From: Phoronis australis
Lineage: Eukaryota; Animalia; Phoronida
Assembly (NCBI GenBank): GCA_002633005.1
Contig: NMRA01000334.1
Coordinates: 1-64,000, forward strand
Reading direction: 5' to 3'
DNA length: 64,000 nt
Shown here: positions 48,843 to 61,843 of the stretch, piece after piece
How positions within the stretch are numbered: position 1 is the first letter of the stretch
How the letters are laid out: every line of letters begins with the position of its first letter
Position numbers and translations under genes: made by a program
The notes under the pieces: generated by a model
Told to the model about the DNA's origin: nothing
The model's database searches: none
Seen by the model: the letters and a program-made list of their open reading frames with translations, nothing else

Positions 48843-51171
48843 CAGTGGCGGATCTACGTTTTCACCAAGGGGAGGTTTAGCAGCCCGCCAAGGTCGAATC
48901 CTAGGCGCGTGGCGCCGAGCGTGGGGAGGTCGGGAGGGGGGTTTCCCCTCCCGTGTAGCCAAATAGTGAAATTTCCATGCACCCTGGTAAGTTTCTGGCA
49001 CTTAACAGGTCTCTGGAGTTTTGCTTAAGATAATTAAAAACCCTTCATGAACTTGGCACATAAGTTTCGTGAAACCATATTGTGCACATCTGGGTTTGAG
49101 TCACGCCACCAGCAAAAATTTTTGTTGGAACATCTGCTTACACACACCTTTTTTAGCATACGAAAAGTCGTATACGAAAAAGTGTGGTGTGTATTCAGGG
49201 GTTTAGACAATTCCAAATATTCAAGAGCATAAGGAGCACCGACGGGGCGTAAAAACTTGAGTATCAGATGATCGCGTAACAGCAGCCTCAAGTTGTTTAA
49301 GAACGAAGACCTGTACTGTTAGTCCGGAAATAAACATGTGTTCTGTCTCGTTACGAGAAAAACTGGCGAACGATTGTGCTCTCAACTCATAGTCTGTTAT
49401 TAAAAGCGACAATAAATAATTAGGTATCACTTTATTAAGCTGAATCACGTTGACAACAATTGAAAAACGTCAAATCTATCAGGAAACAAATCATATGAAA
49501 ACAGTTTCACGAAACCAAAACATCCTGTGCACAGTGGTGAAAAGATACACTGGACTAGTTTGCAGAGGGACCAGATGAACACTGAGAGTACACAAAAAGC
49601 TGACCGGGTCCGTCACGAGACCAAGTGTACACCTGTGCTTATTATCCCTATAAAATAGTCGATCTGTCGCGGGACCAAACAGTACTGGCTGAGATAGTTT
49701 TACAACGCACACTTTGGTAAAAAAAATCACTAGACTAGTTCGCCGAGGGACCAGAAGTACACTGAAACTCAACATCTACACAAATCAAGCTGGGCTGGTC
49801 CGTCGCGAGACCTAAAGTGTACTATGCAAAAAATTTTGAATTGAAAACTTCTCTCTAAAATTTTAATCCCCAGTGGTTACTCATACGTTAGTCCTATCCT
49901 TCTGTTGTCTAGACTGCCGAGGAATTTGTATATCGGATCCAATGATTTGCTCGTCTTGGAACCATTCTACCCAGATATCTTCGATGTTTGTTCCCAACGC
50001 TTGCACTTCGTCAACTGCTGTGTCAATGAGCTTGTAAGCCTCTACAATGTCAGCATCTCGTTTCGCAGCTCAGTTGACACTAAGACCCTTGAGGTTGCCA
50101 AGTCCATTCAAAAGACTTACATGCGCAACTAAATTTGATCCGTTCATCATGGACTACTTCAAACCTTGACGAAGCATCCCAGGACCTATTTGCATCTCTT
50201 GCAATTTTCGAAATAAACGTCCCAATGTCTGAACGCTTGAAACCCGAAGTACTAATATCAAATAAATGCCCATGGGCATGAGCGTTTCATCGGGTGAGCC
50301 TTTCTGCGGAAATTCCCAGTATAGAAGACGGCAGTGTGCTTATTGCAGGTAGACAGACGGTAGGTGTTGAGGTCGGAACTAGGGCTCCTTAGGAGGCCTA
50401 TTGAACATCGCACGAGTCCCGCAAGACTTTGTTGTGAAAGAACAGCCTCCCCGCAATTTCTGGTACTGTACACTTTTCGCGAATGCGGTCACTTTCTCAA
50501 TGTGAGTGCCCCCTTGGTCATTCCTTGTATAGACATAACTTGTTATAGAGTGTGTCTTCAAACGGACTCGCGACCAGACCACGGCGCCCGCCACAATAGC
50601 AATTCTTCAAAAATTTTACATGTACATGTACACAATATTACAGGTACATGTACACTGTATGATAATGCGCAAGACAACTTTACTAGAAACATCAGTTACA
50701 AACAAACGTGTGGAGTGTAATAGAATGACACGGCATGACAGATAAGGTAAAAACGTTGCACGTCAATTCGCCTGAATATCAGGGTTGTGGCACCGCAGTA
50801 TTTCCCCTAATCACATCAAAATATATCTTAGAGTAAAGAAGCTAATTACCTAAAGAAATCAGCTATAGAACTACTCTTTCAGCGGTGAATCCATCTAAAA
50901 TGCTTGGCTACGTCAGAAGTGTCGACGGAAGCGCGCGCACAATAAATCCCCGCGCGTTTTGCCGATGAGCCACAGACTCAGCAATTCACAATGCAAAAAA
51001 CTATATTTCAGAGTGAACCCCCCACTCAATTTTTTCCAAATTGGTTTACTTGGGGTTTACACACTCTGGCGGTGCCGTTTTTGTTTTGCTGGAGATACTT
51101 TTTTTAATTTTTGGGTCCTGGCCCGAGGGGGGGGGTTTAAACCCCCTGAACCCCCCGTAGATTCGCCACTG
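48843..51171 (-). mobile_element. Internally deleted hAT transposon with THAP12/PRKRIR-like transposase remnants
   Basis: TIRs cagtggcggatctacg / cgtagattcgccactg; minus-strand fragments LKGLSV...DADIVEAYKLIDTAVDEVQALGTNIEDIWVEWF...IPRQSRQQKDRTNV (~49880-50130) and THAP-like FNRPPKEP...LNTYRL..CNKH (~50300-50470). Confidence 0.72.
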
Positions 51172-51253
51172 AGTAATACTATATCTTTGTTAAAACTAAC
51201 AGGAAACTACTGTTGACATTAACCATATACATGTAGAAGCTTGATATTCTCTG

Positions 51254-51900
51254 TCTAGCTCAAATTTTTGATACCGTGGTTGAGATTTTTGGGGGTTTCT
51301 GCCCGAGAGAGTAACTTGTCTGTCATAGGGGATTTAGTCACCTGTGACACGTATTGAATCTCATGTAATTGTTTTTTTTGGGGTACCTCGAATGTATGTG
51401 CTAGCTCATTTTTGAGGGGTCCTTTTTGGTTTCTGCCGTACCCATTCCAGAGTGCAATTTGTCTGTCGTGGGTAATTTGGTGTTCAGTGCGGTACTTTTG
51501 TTCGTTTAAAGTCAGTTTTGGCCGGTACCTCGAAAATCTAGTCTAGCTCAAATTTTTGATGGCATACCATGGTTGAGATTTTTGAGGGTTTCTGCCGGGC
51601 ACAATCCAGAGTGTAATTTGTCTGTCATAGGGCATTTAGTGATCTGTGACATATATTGAATCATATGGAATTGGTTTTGTGTGGTACCTCGAATGTATGT
51701 GCTAGCTCATTTTTGAGGGGTCCTTTTTGGTTTCTGCCGGACCCATTCCAGAGTGCAATTTGTCTGTCATGGGTCATTCGGTGTTCAGTGCGGTGCTATT
51801 CACAGTTCGTTTTAAGTCAGTTTTGGTTGGTACCTCGAATATCTAGTCTAGCTCATCTTTGGGCCCTTTGTAAGGCCCCCAGGAGTCACACCCAGAGTGC
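51254..51900. repeat. Tandem repeat, ~2.2 copies of a ~290-305 bp unit built from two ~150-bp subunits
   Basis: Recurring ctagctca...ggtttctgcc...gtctgtc...gtacctcgaa blocks; unit starts near 51254, 51541 and 51846. Confidence 0.85.
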
Positions 51901-53648
51901 CGACAAAGGCAAACGGTCATTTCTGTACATACTAGAGGTGGACTCTAAATGCTCCCGTGGTCAGATGTTGGTACCTCGTTCATCTATGCTAAGTGCTCTG
52001 GGCTGCCGACCTAATACTTTCTCGCTCTCATTTACCAAAACAAATGTTTTGTTTAATCACCGAGGTACACTCCGCTGTAAGTGGAACAGCGAGTTATCCG
52101 TTAGGTGGCTACCGAATAGACCACTGGGTTACAACCGCAGATCTAGGGACATAACCATAACCATAGGGCTAAGGATAGTATCTGATTGTAGCAACAATGT
52201 AAGAAGTATGTACCCTTTGAATGCTTGCTTAAACTTACGCTGTTTTATTTACTGCATGCAGGGTGACCGCCCTAGACGAACATTTCGATTAATCCCATAC
52301 GAATCCATTTGTTTTTTCAATTCGTTTACTATGAACTTCCTCTTATGGGTGATTTTTACATAAAATTTCGTGATTCGTTAGGGTCAAACTGTAGCACACA
52401 ACGTGGTGGGTAAAGTAGAATTTTATGTTGTCAAAAATAAATAAATTATTAGAGACAGTCTGCTTTAGCAGCTGGGCTTGTACTGTACATAGAGCACAAG
52501 GTTGATTTGCAGCCCGGTAGACAGCTTCCAAAAACAGAGAAATGAAATGTGCAAAATGACACAAGGTCAACAAACGTGGCCCGGGTCTGCGCGGCCGTTT
52601 TTTGGATCTGCATCCCAGGGAGATTCTCGCAGTTTCTGGACCCGAATAGGACGGCTAAAACTGAAATTAACCGGAATTCTAGTATTTTATTCGTGAAAAC
52701 TAATCATAGTCTTTGATTCGGATTCCCCAACCCGCATGTTTTTATATTCTCTAACACTAATCGCGGATCAGATTTTTCCACTGAGGCCGGTACGCCTAAT
52801 AATTAAGTAGCGATTATTATTGTCAAAGAATGCAAGAACGACTGCGGAATTTTTTGTACCCGCCGGATCAAAAATCATGATCAGTATCTCTGTACTAAGT
52901 ACAAAAAGAGGGAATTAATTTAACGTTTATAAGCCTTAGTGCCTAACTAGAGTCCAGCAACCTTTTAAAGTGACATGATAATCGGCGACAATGAAAAGTG
53001 AATAAAATGCGCAAAATTGAACAGTTACAAGATTTTAAGTCTCAGACAGCTCTTCGATTTTTTCGGAACTTTTCCATATAAATACTTCGGTTTTCTAACG
53101 TGAATGTCTGCCAGGCTAATGACCCTAACCTAAGCATGCAAGTAATTAGTCGTCTAAATTAGTTCCTCAGCGACAAGACGAACCCTTCAAGTCGTCGGCT
53201 CTTGACTGACCATAGATGTGGAGTAACTTAACGAAGGCAGGTCCTCTCAACACGAGCGCAGATTGCCCCCCCCCTCACAACTTTTCTTTCATTCCAATTT
53301 GATAACCACGGGCCCCTTGCGGCAATATTTTTTATGAGCTCACTAGTGTCCGCGTAACTGTGCTGATGTCAATTATTCGTCGTTGCACGGCATTGATTCA
53401 AACCATATCGTACACTTGTCTTGCCGTTATACTACTTGCACGAAACTGTATATAGAATTATATCATAGTGACAAAAAACGTTGTTTTAAGGTATTTTCAA
53501 CGGCCTTTTGAAATGCAATGCAAAATTAACGAGACCTATCGCGCTTGGTAACTCACGTGACTTTCCTAATGAGGACATGAGTTGACAACACTTTAGAGAT
53601 CAATTTTTGTTTTAGAAAGAAACAACAAAAAAAACGGCTTCCTAATAC

Positions 53649-53747
53649 CAGGGGCGGATCCAGGATTTTGTGTTGGGGGGGNAACTTCCAAATGGAATCT
53701 GGGAGAATTCTAGGGGGGGGCATGGCCCCCTTCTAAATCCGCCACTG
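53649..53747. mobile_element. 99-bp MITE with CAG(G/T)GGCGGAT termini and 5-bp TSD
   Basis: aatac|caggggcggatcc ... aatccgccactg|aatac. Confidence 0.88.
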
Positions 53748-54441
53748 AATACAACCACAGGCAAAAGATACTCTTTTTTGGCCTGATGTGCATTTCAAAA
53801 AGGAACAATAATAACAACTCAATTTTGACAGATTTCATTCCAGTATTAAATAGGATTATATTAAGATTATATCTACTATAAAATTCATTATGTATCCTGC
53901 AACCATGACCACATGATCCTTCTAAGAACTAACAATTTTACATTCAATTTTTGCTTTTGAAGCGCCATGCTTGCAGCACAAGAAAACAAAGATGGTTCCT
54001 ACATTTTGAGAAAAAGTCCGCCCCATGCCCATACCAGTGGAATGAATGCAGGACCCTCTGTAAGGGACAATAACCCTCAACTCAAGAGTAAATCCTTTCC
54101 TTCAAAAATCTGCAACTTGGTCTTCCAATAGACAATAGTCTCCCGAAGATTTTCCAGATGCCACCACCAAGCTATGGGGTTACACTATCTAAAGAAATTG
54201 AGATCAAGTATATAATTATATATGTATATGTATATGTTTCTGTAAGGGCATGTGTATCCACCCAATTCTTAAAAGGTCTTCCTTATGACAAATCCAATCA
54301 AAACTGATGGTTCTTTGACACCAGCGTTTTTACTAGCAAACTGCCCTGAAACAAGTGGAAAATGAATGATGTCCATCATAACACTTAACATTTGGAGAAA
54401 TATTTTGTGTGATTCAGTAACCTGCTTTTTGGGATCACAGT

Positions 54442-54597
54442 CAATGCTGTAGTGGTAGAATTAGAGGTAAGTAGGCGCCCAAAGCCCACCGCATCACCTT
54501 GAGCACTGAACGGAACTTACGGTGCGTAGGCGCTACGTTCAAATGCCAAAAGGTGGTTGGCTGTGCCTACGTGCACCTACGCCCCACTACAGCACTG
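54442..54597. mobile_element. hAT-type MITE with decayed 8-bp TSD
   Basis: TIRs caatgctgtagtgg / ccactacagcactg; flanks atcacagt / gtcacggt. Confidence 0.7.
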
Positions 54598-56719
54598 GTC
54601 ACGGTGAGTTTGAAGTAAATGCCCCTTTAACCGCATGCCCTCGTTCTTTCTCAACTTCATGTGCGTAAAACTTGAGTCGCATCAAATACAAAGCACTTCC
54701 CGCCCACTTGGGTACATCTGTGTACTGACACCATTCCCAGAAAAAGCATTGGGTCAGTTCTTAACTTCACAACACACTGACCAAGTGCGATGGACAACAG
54801 GAGTTGTTGATGTGTACACCAGCATCCAACATTAGGTCACAACTCTGGGAATGATGTCGCAGGAGAAATATATTTGAGTATTTCTTTGCAGAACCCATCA
54901 CCCTTGGATAGCAGTTGTGATGGTATAAAAAGGTGTGTTAATAAGGTATACAAGTTTACAAATAATATTTTTGAGCATTTAACCTTGGGAATATATCATT
55001 GAGAAAGAGCTGAGGTAATCCCTCCTACAGTGAAGTCATGACCACAGCTGCTTTGAAATTTCAACTCTTCCCCAAGCAGACCAATTTGGGTCCTAGTTGT
55101 TGACACCATTAACATAATGACAAAATAGCCTGATCAATGAAAAACTCTGACAATAATACTCATCACACAGAAAACAAGTTCTGCATTGTTATGAATACGG
55201 TAAAAATTCTCCACTTTGGTCCGGTCTCTACAACTTGGGACACGGAAATTCAAGCAGAATTCAAATTTTGTTGATTCCATAGGTTGGGACACGTTCGATT
55301 TTCACGTTCAGCTCATCATAATTGTCAAATTTTGGACATTGTGTTTTGTATTGACAGTCTGAAAATAGACTTGGCAGTTCATAAAATTGTCAAAACTAGC
55401 TTTGAATGCAAACTTTTGATGTGTACAAATAGTGTTTAACATCACAGGGCTAGGAATGACCAATGGCAAAAAAGGAAAATTTGCCAGGTGATGTACCAAC
55501 CCACAAATAAATAGGCTTGTGTGATAGAATTATTTCTTGAGTTTAACTGAAATAAATGTTTTTGCATTAATAAAGTCAAAATAATGATAAAAAGACATGA
55601 AAAAAGAGGAAACTGAAAATCAAAGAAAAGGAAACAAAAACCAAAAAAGAGGAAACCCGCTTGAAAGAGGTAAATTCCAAGCCCTGACATCAAGATGAAA
55701 GATCCTTTGTCATTAATCTTAATTCTTGAATTTGTGACGATCAATATCGCCGTTTTCGAAAATTTGGTACAAGCTCTGAAATCAAACAAAATAATAAATG
55801 TTTCACTGCTCAAACTAGAGAATTTTTACAGTAGTATTAATACTTAATAATACTGTAAAGCCTCCACCAAATTCGGACAACAATAATTGCTAAAATTGCC
55901 TTTTTCCACTTGTTGCGAATGCCCACAAATTTTGAAAATTATTGCCTATAGCACAGTAGTTTACTGTGACAAGGCATTACTTTGCTGCTATATATTTTTT
56001 GGAGAGAAATTTGAAAAAAAAATTCATTGATCCGCCACATTGTGTCCTAAATTGGTGAGATTTTAAAGTACCAATAATTCCTAGATACATGGAGGCTTGC
56101 TTCCTCTCACATTCAACTTACTTGTATTTCCTCCACAAAACTTCAAAAATCTAGCAAAAGACTAGCATTGCTACATATGGTAAACCTTCTATTAATTCTT
56201 ATAATACTCATTGCATTTCCAAATTTTTCTACGCTCATCCGGCACCCATATTCTCATAAACAGCTACACGAATGTACAGACAAAATACTGTTTTACGGGC
56301 CTTGACGGCTAATTCTGTTAACAGAAAAAATGACAGATAACAAATATTGGTGGCAAAATTCTAACTAAAAAATGACACATTACACACATTACAGCCTTTC
56401 CTGTTAATTCATTCTCAGTTACACGAAAAAACTACTCTGATAAGGAATTGGGCTTCCACCCAGCTGTTATGACATAGAAATCTGATTCATTTTCTTTGAA
56501 TACTTTTGGCTTGTACTTTAGCCCTCAACAAAGAGCCCTACAGTTTCTACAACCAGGAAAAACCTGAAATAATTTGCACAGTGTTTATCTATGGGAACAA
56601 TAATTTGCAAATGTAACTATGATGGAAGAATTACCACAGGTATTATTAGTAATACCAATTCCACAAAGAAAAAACCACAATCAAAATTACTTACACCACA
56701 GCTTTACCAGTTCAAAAAA

Positions 56720-57319
56720 TCACACTGTCATTACATCCTCTCTGGTGTTAAAGTCAGGCAAACTAATCGTCCTAGTGGTTCCCTCTTCCATTTTATGTAG
56801 TTCAAACTCGTCATGATTGACAGGAAGCACCCTGGGGCTAGCGCGAATTCGCAGACTTGTCAAACTTGTGGCCCGCCGTGCCACCCTCTCAACCAGCGAC
56901 TCCCGGTGTTCAGTGACACTGGGTCGTCGTTCTTCCAGAATCTGCTTCACACACGACCGGAAGATGTTCGGTATCTCACGGGAGGATGGCTCGCGCGATA
57001 GCACCTCGCGGAATTTGGCAATGATATTTCCTGACTCAATTGGTTTCACCTTAGCGCACATCTCCTCGAGCTCGAGTTTCTCTATCGTAGACATGTGGTA
57101 GCGTTTTGCTGGAGCACTGATCAGCCATGAATAATCAACGCCCTTTTCATGTCGCTGCCGACTTTTCTCTACCTCCTTTTCCCGTCTAACAGCGTCCTTC
57201 ATTTGTAAGTCGAGTTCAGACATAAGTGCATCAACAACGAGCACAGACTCGCTCTTTTCCACTGAGCGTGTCGACATCTCGCCCCCGATCCAGTTTTTCA
57301 TCCACACTGGAACAGCCAT
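56720..57319 (-). CDS. RD3: RD3/RD3L-family protein (retinal degeneration 3-like guanylyl cyclase regulator), 199 aa, intronless CDS
   Basis: Motifs LMSELDLQMK, GVDYSWL, IEKLELEEMCAKV, FREVL, IFRSCVKQIL and C-terminal RTISLPDF line up with human RD3 as recalled (LMMELTGQMR, GVDYSWL, IERLQLEDVCVKI, FRQLL, LFRSVLQEVL, RSWSMPEF). Strong Kozak accATGG at 57319; upstream acceptor cttttcatttcag near 57691. Confidence 0.9.
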   Translation of the reverse strand: MAVPVWMKNWIGGEMSTRSVEKSESVLVVDALMSELDLQMKDAVRREKEVEKSRQRHEKGVDYSWLISAPAKRYHMSTIEKLELEEMCAKVKPIESGNIIAKFREVLSREPSSREIPNIFRSCVKQILEERRPSVTEHRESLVERVARRATSLTSLRIRASPRVLPVNHDEFELHKMEEGTTRTISLPDFNTREDVMTV

Positions 57320-58551
57320 GGTCGATTTGATGTAGTCACTGATATACTGCAGATGATGCATCTATAACTTGAAGTGGGAAATGTCCGGTCTTGATTGCGC
57401 ACAGCTATTGAAAAGTGAAATCTCTTATTCTACACATTACCTTTTCCACCAATGTTCAATCCTCAATTGCACGAATCCATTTGTTAAAATCTGTGCACTG
57501 TTGTCGTTATCTGCATTATGCCCAACTACTAGTTAGGTCAGAGCTTCAGTGTCAATGCTAATAAAATACTGATGGTTAATTCTTCAATGCACTAATCTAC
57601 AGACCAGCAAGACAGTCTTGAATAAGACACTTGTTCTGCTTCTCACAGCTTAGTATCAGCCAAGCACCGAATATTCTAGATTTTGCCAAGCTGAAATGAA
57701 AAGTGATATTCATGTAATTATAACACAGTGAATATCAACCTATTTGGTCAATGTTTTGTGCTGTTACCATGGCAACGACTAATTAAGGAGATGCCAAGGG
57801 ACATTCACATGTCTGCAAGGAAGTTTTCTTTTCCAAGCTCGAATCCCAGGCTATAAAGCTCAAGTAAAGAAAACAAGCAAGTAACATTATAACCACCCAA
57901 GAGCGTGAATGAACACAAAATGAAAAAACAAGCAGCAGCATAATACACAGTTTTTGCTCGCATGAAATGCACTTTGCAAATGCAGATATTCATGAGGAAC
58001 CAAGTAATATTAACATGTCTTGTAACGACTGGCATGACATCTTAAAATTACTCCAGCACAGTCTAATGTATTCGACATATGGCAATTAAAGTCCTCACTT
58101 AGCACGTTTTGGCCGGCAAGTGAAATTACCGGGGTAAGTTTTGTTGAATTTCTCCACAAAAGTGAAGATTAAGAACATGCTAGTCTATTAGAAGCATAGT
58201 TTGCAGTATGTAGATGTCATAAAACGGCATTTACTGAAGTTCCCAACCACTGAAAAATGGAAAAATGACCATTTTGGCAATTATTTTTGAGCAAAATAAG
58301 TTTAGAATAGCCATATTAACCATATCACAATGATCAAAAACAGCATATCATCTCAATAATCCATTAATCCCCGCTGTGTTGTTACTTGTATCACGCAGTG
58401 ATCCTGAAGAAGGCAGTGATTAATTTAACAAGGTCTATCAAGATCAGGTGACAGCTATGAGTGCGGGAGATACCATAAAACATCTCGCCTAAATGTCATT
58501 AACGGTTGCTCCAAAGACTTAACCTGAATTCCAAGTTCCTGTTTAAAAGCT

Positions 58552-59220
58552 CATAGGCGGATTTAGGGGGGGGGGCCCGGGCCCCCCCTTGGCTGCCGCA
58601 AAAAAAATAAAACAGTAAGAGCGTAGGGAAATGGTGAGTTTATTAATTAACCCCTTTAATTAAAATTATACGGATGAAAAAAGATTTGAATGTGTGCAGT
58701 TGTAGTTTGGGGGGGNNNNNNNNNNNNNNNNNNNNNNNNNNNNNNNNNNNNNNNNNNNNNNNNNNNNNNNNNNNNNNNNNNNNNNNNNNNNNNNNNNNNN
58801 NNNNNNNNNNNNNNNNNNNNNNNNNNNNNNNNNNNNNNNNNNNNNNNNNNNNNNNNNNNNNNNNNNNNNNNNNNNNNNNNNNNNNNNNNNNNNNNNNNNN
58901 NNNNNNNNNNNNNNNNNNNNNNNNNNNNNNNNNNNNNNNNNNNNNNNNNNNNNNNNNNNNNNNNNNNNNNNNNNNNNNNNNNNNNNCGTTTTTTTCCTGT
59001 TTGATACGTTCTCCGTGTTTTTTTTTGCCTTCCTTTTTCTTGGATAATACTTCAGGAATCAAGGAAAATGCTTGATTTTTAGAGGTAAAAACAGAAAAAA
59101 TTCCTGGGCCTCCCCCCATTCGGTGCTATGCGCATCTACAATCGTGGTTCAGTTTGCGCAAATGCTTCCAGCTGGACAAAATGTTGCCCCCCCCCTTCTG
59201 ATATCCTAGATCCGCCACTG
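58552..59220. mobile_element. MITE of the CAGTGGCGGATC family with 5-bp TSD, spanning an assembly gap
   Basis: aagct|cataggcggatttagg ... cctagatccgccactg|aagct. Confidence 0.85.
58716..58986. other. Assembly gap (271 N)
   Basis: Run of n. Confidence 1.
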
Positions 59221-61626
59221 AAGCTGGAGAGAGTGCTAAGAATCTCACAGCCTCTGTCAACAACACCTGACAATGCACCTGGAAATTAGAACATTTGTGT
59301 TAAAATCACCAATTTTGGTCAAAAATAACAGTCAACTTTTATTCTTTTTTCATTTTCGAATGCTTATAACAGTGTTGTGAATGCTAAAAAATTCTTAAAA
59401 CACTGTCCATAGGAAGCTATGTGGTATACAAATAAAAACGATACAAAATTTATTTAGCATTACAAATACCACCCTAGAGTTTCACCTTCAGAAAAAAGGC
59501 GGTTTCCAAGATGAGATAATATAACCTACATAGTCTATAGGCACTTTCATACCAACGTCGACGAGTCAATATTTTGGGGAGTTGCGGTCAGTATGAATGA
59601 TTAACTTCAATCCTGGATCGAAGTTAACAACGCCATTTAATTTGGCAGTTAATAGGTGATTTAACAGCGGAATATCAATGCTGCAGTGCAGTATGAACGG
59701 TCAACTACGGTCCCATCGAAGTTATCGCCAGGGGTCAATGTTGTCATCAACAATTAAAGGGCAGTGTAGTCACTTATGGTTGCTAATGATTTTGCTCAAA
59801 TAATCACCAGTCAAATGAAAAATAAGTTTTATGTCAATTAGCACATGTAAATGTTCTCAAATTGTCACATTAAGGAAATCTTAGCATGCACGAAATGCAC
59901 CAGCGGTACCTTCCGATTACTTCGATGACGGCAGTGTCACGTACCTGCTGTTTTTAAGCTGAGTGTATGGCCAACTGAATGGGATATTCACACTGCAATA
60001 ATTAGAATATTCCTTATATTTTCTGCACAAAAACATAAACATTGTGCAAAGTTGCTTTTTTGTAGCAGCTTTCATCAAAATGCATCAAAGTTAAAACTTC
60101 ACCAAGTACAAAATAGCCGATTGAACATGCCCTTCAGTTCAGCAGAAGTTGCCAAGCTGTCGGAGCCACCGGAAATGAGACCAAGTCTAACGGGAATTGT
60201 AAGCATTTTTATCACTCAATAAGAAACATCTGCTTGGCTAAAATCTAATGAAAACTATTGAATCGCTCAGAATAGTAGGTGTAGATCTTTCTCACTAAAT
60301 TTCATCGTAAATTATAGGTGAAAATAAATTATGCACGGTTTTAAACTCGTAACTTATGCCGCTTGTCCAAGATGACCAACCAGGTCCAAACAAGTGACCT
60401 AAATTTTGCCACCAAAATTGCAATAAATGTGAACTGCTTAACCGGATTTTGACAATTTTCAATTTTTATTGAGGGCTCTAGTCGGATGTAGCAGTCCCAC
60501 CATAACTTCCTTTATTTTTAACCTAGAATCATGATTTTAGTATCCACGTGTTCACTAGGCGTATAGAAGTTGATCTGTGGTGTTAATTTTGTCATATCTC
60601 CATCCCATTTTTAATAAATTGACTTTGAAGTTCGAGTTGTTTTTCCGACTTTGTTGCCAGTTGGTTACACTAACAGTGACGTCATAGGAATGCCCGACAC
60701 CTACCAGCGACTGTGTGTATTCATTTTCAGGGTAAGGAAACATTTCATCATTTGCAGTGTAGACAAAAATTTTCCCCGAGGCAAGTAAAGCTGTTTCGTT
60801 TTGAACTTTTGATACACATTCCTTCAAATATCAGTATCGAAGGATCATTCCAGTTATTAAGTAGTTCATACTGATGATGATGGCTATCACACAGTATATT
60901 ATTGAAATTGTATTTGAGTAATATGGACAACAGGTACAGATTTTTCACTAATAAAAGCCTAACATCGAAATTTCGAACTTGAATTTGTTTGTAGGTGGAT
61001 GTGTTGAATTGCTTGATGCTCGTTACCTGTCGTTTCAATCCATTGAATTTTAGCCTAGTCGATCGTTAGCTGGACTAATTAATGAACAGTGAGAGTAGGA
61101 CTGTCCAACCGATTTTTTTTTCGATTTGCAAAAATACTTCAATATAATCGGAAAGATAATGAATGCATCCCACTCAAAAAGAAATGTGGTTTATAAGAAA
61201 CCTTTATTAACAGTCAACACATGTGTATAGATATTATCTACAACTAAATAGCTGTGAACCAATCTCTTTAAGTTAAGGCCAGTTGATCATTTTCTGTCAG
61301 TAGTTGTAAGTAACTGATGTATATTTAATTCCATAGACCACACACTAAAGCAATACCAAACATTTGACATTCTACTACATGTATTTACTAAGGATTGTCA
61401 GAGCACAATAACAACTTCCGCATGACGAACTTCCTTACCCCAATCACTTGTACATTGCACTGAACAACAATGGTGATTTGGCGGCACGGTCATGGCAAAG
61501 AAAATACCATAAAATCTCATCAATTTCAGACAAAAATAACAGCCATATTTGAAATTTAAGAGCCTTTAACATTGTGAATGCCCACAATTTTCAGAACATT
61601 GTTTGATGGCAGCTGTTGTAGAAGTC

Positions 61627-61843
61627 CTGGGGCACGTTCCAAGAAGCAGACTTGTGGTAAGTTAATTATTTGATTTAAGTCTTAACTACCATTAACTTTG
61701 AAACCTCCACATCTAGTAAATTAATCAAAACTAAGACAAAACTTAGTCAAAAACTTAAGATCTCTTGACTCCGACTTGAGAAAAATTTAAATTGACTGGA
61801 ATTTAAGATTTGTCTTAGCTAAGTCAGTTTTCTTGGACCCCAG
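61627..61843. mobile_element. Decayed PIF/Harbinger-like MITE
   Basis: ctggggcacgttccaagaa ... ttcttggaccccag inverted ends with CWG flanks; cttaag-rich interior. Confidence 0.5.

Noticed and set aside
51656-52363. 235-aa ORF
   Set aside because: Starts at a non-ATG codon inside a tandem repeat and has no recognisable domain; probably open by chance.
57320-57361. Upstream ATG (MHHLQY...) as the RD3-like start
   Set aside because: The ATG at 57319 has a strong Kozak context and lines up with the RD3 N-terminal W-x-x-(x)-W region.
58643-59119. ORFs spanning the N run
   Set aside because: Artefacts of the assembly gap.
60555-61038. Two 90-96 aa minus-strand ORFs as possible RD3-like upstream exons or a new gene
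   Set aside because: Non-ATG starts, no recognisable homology or convincing splice sites, and they lie among repeat-like sequence.
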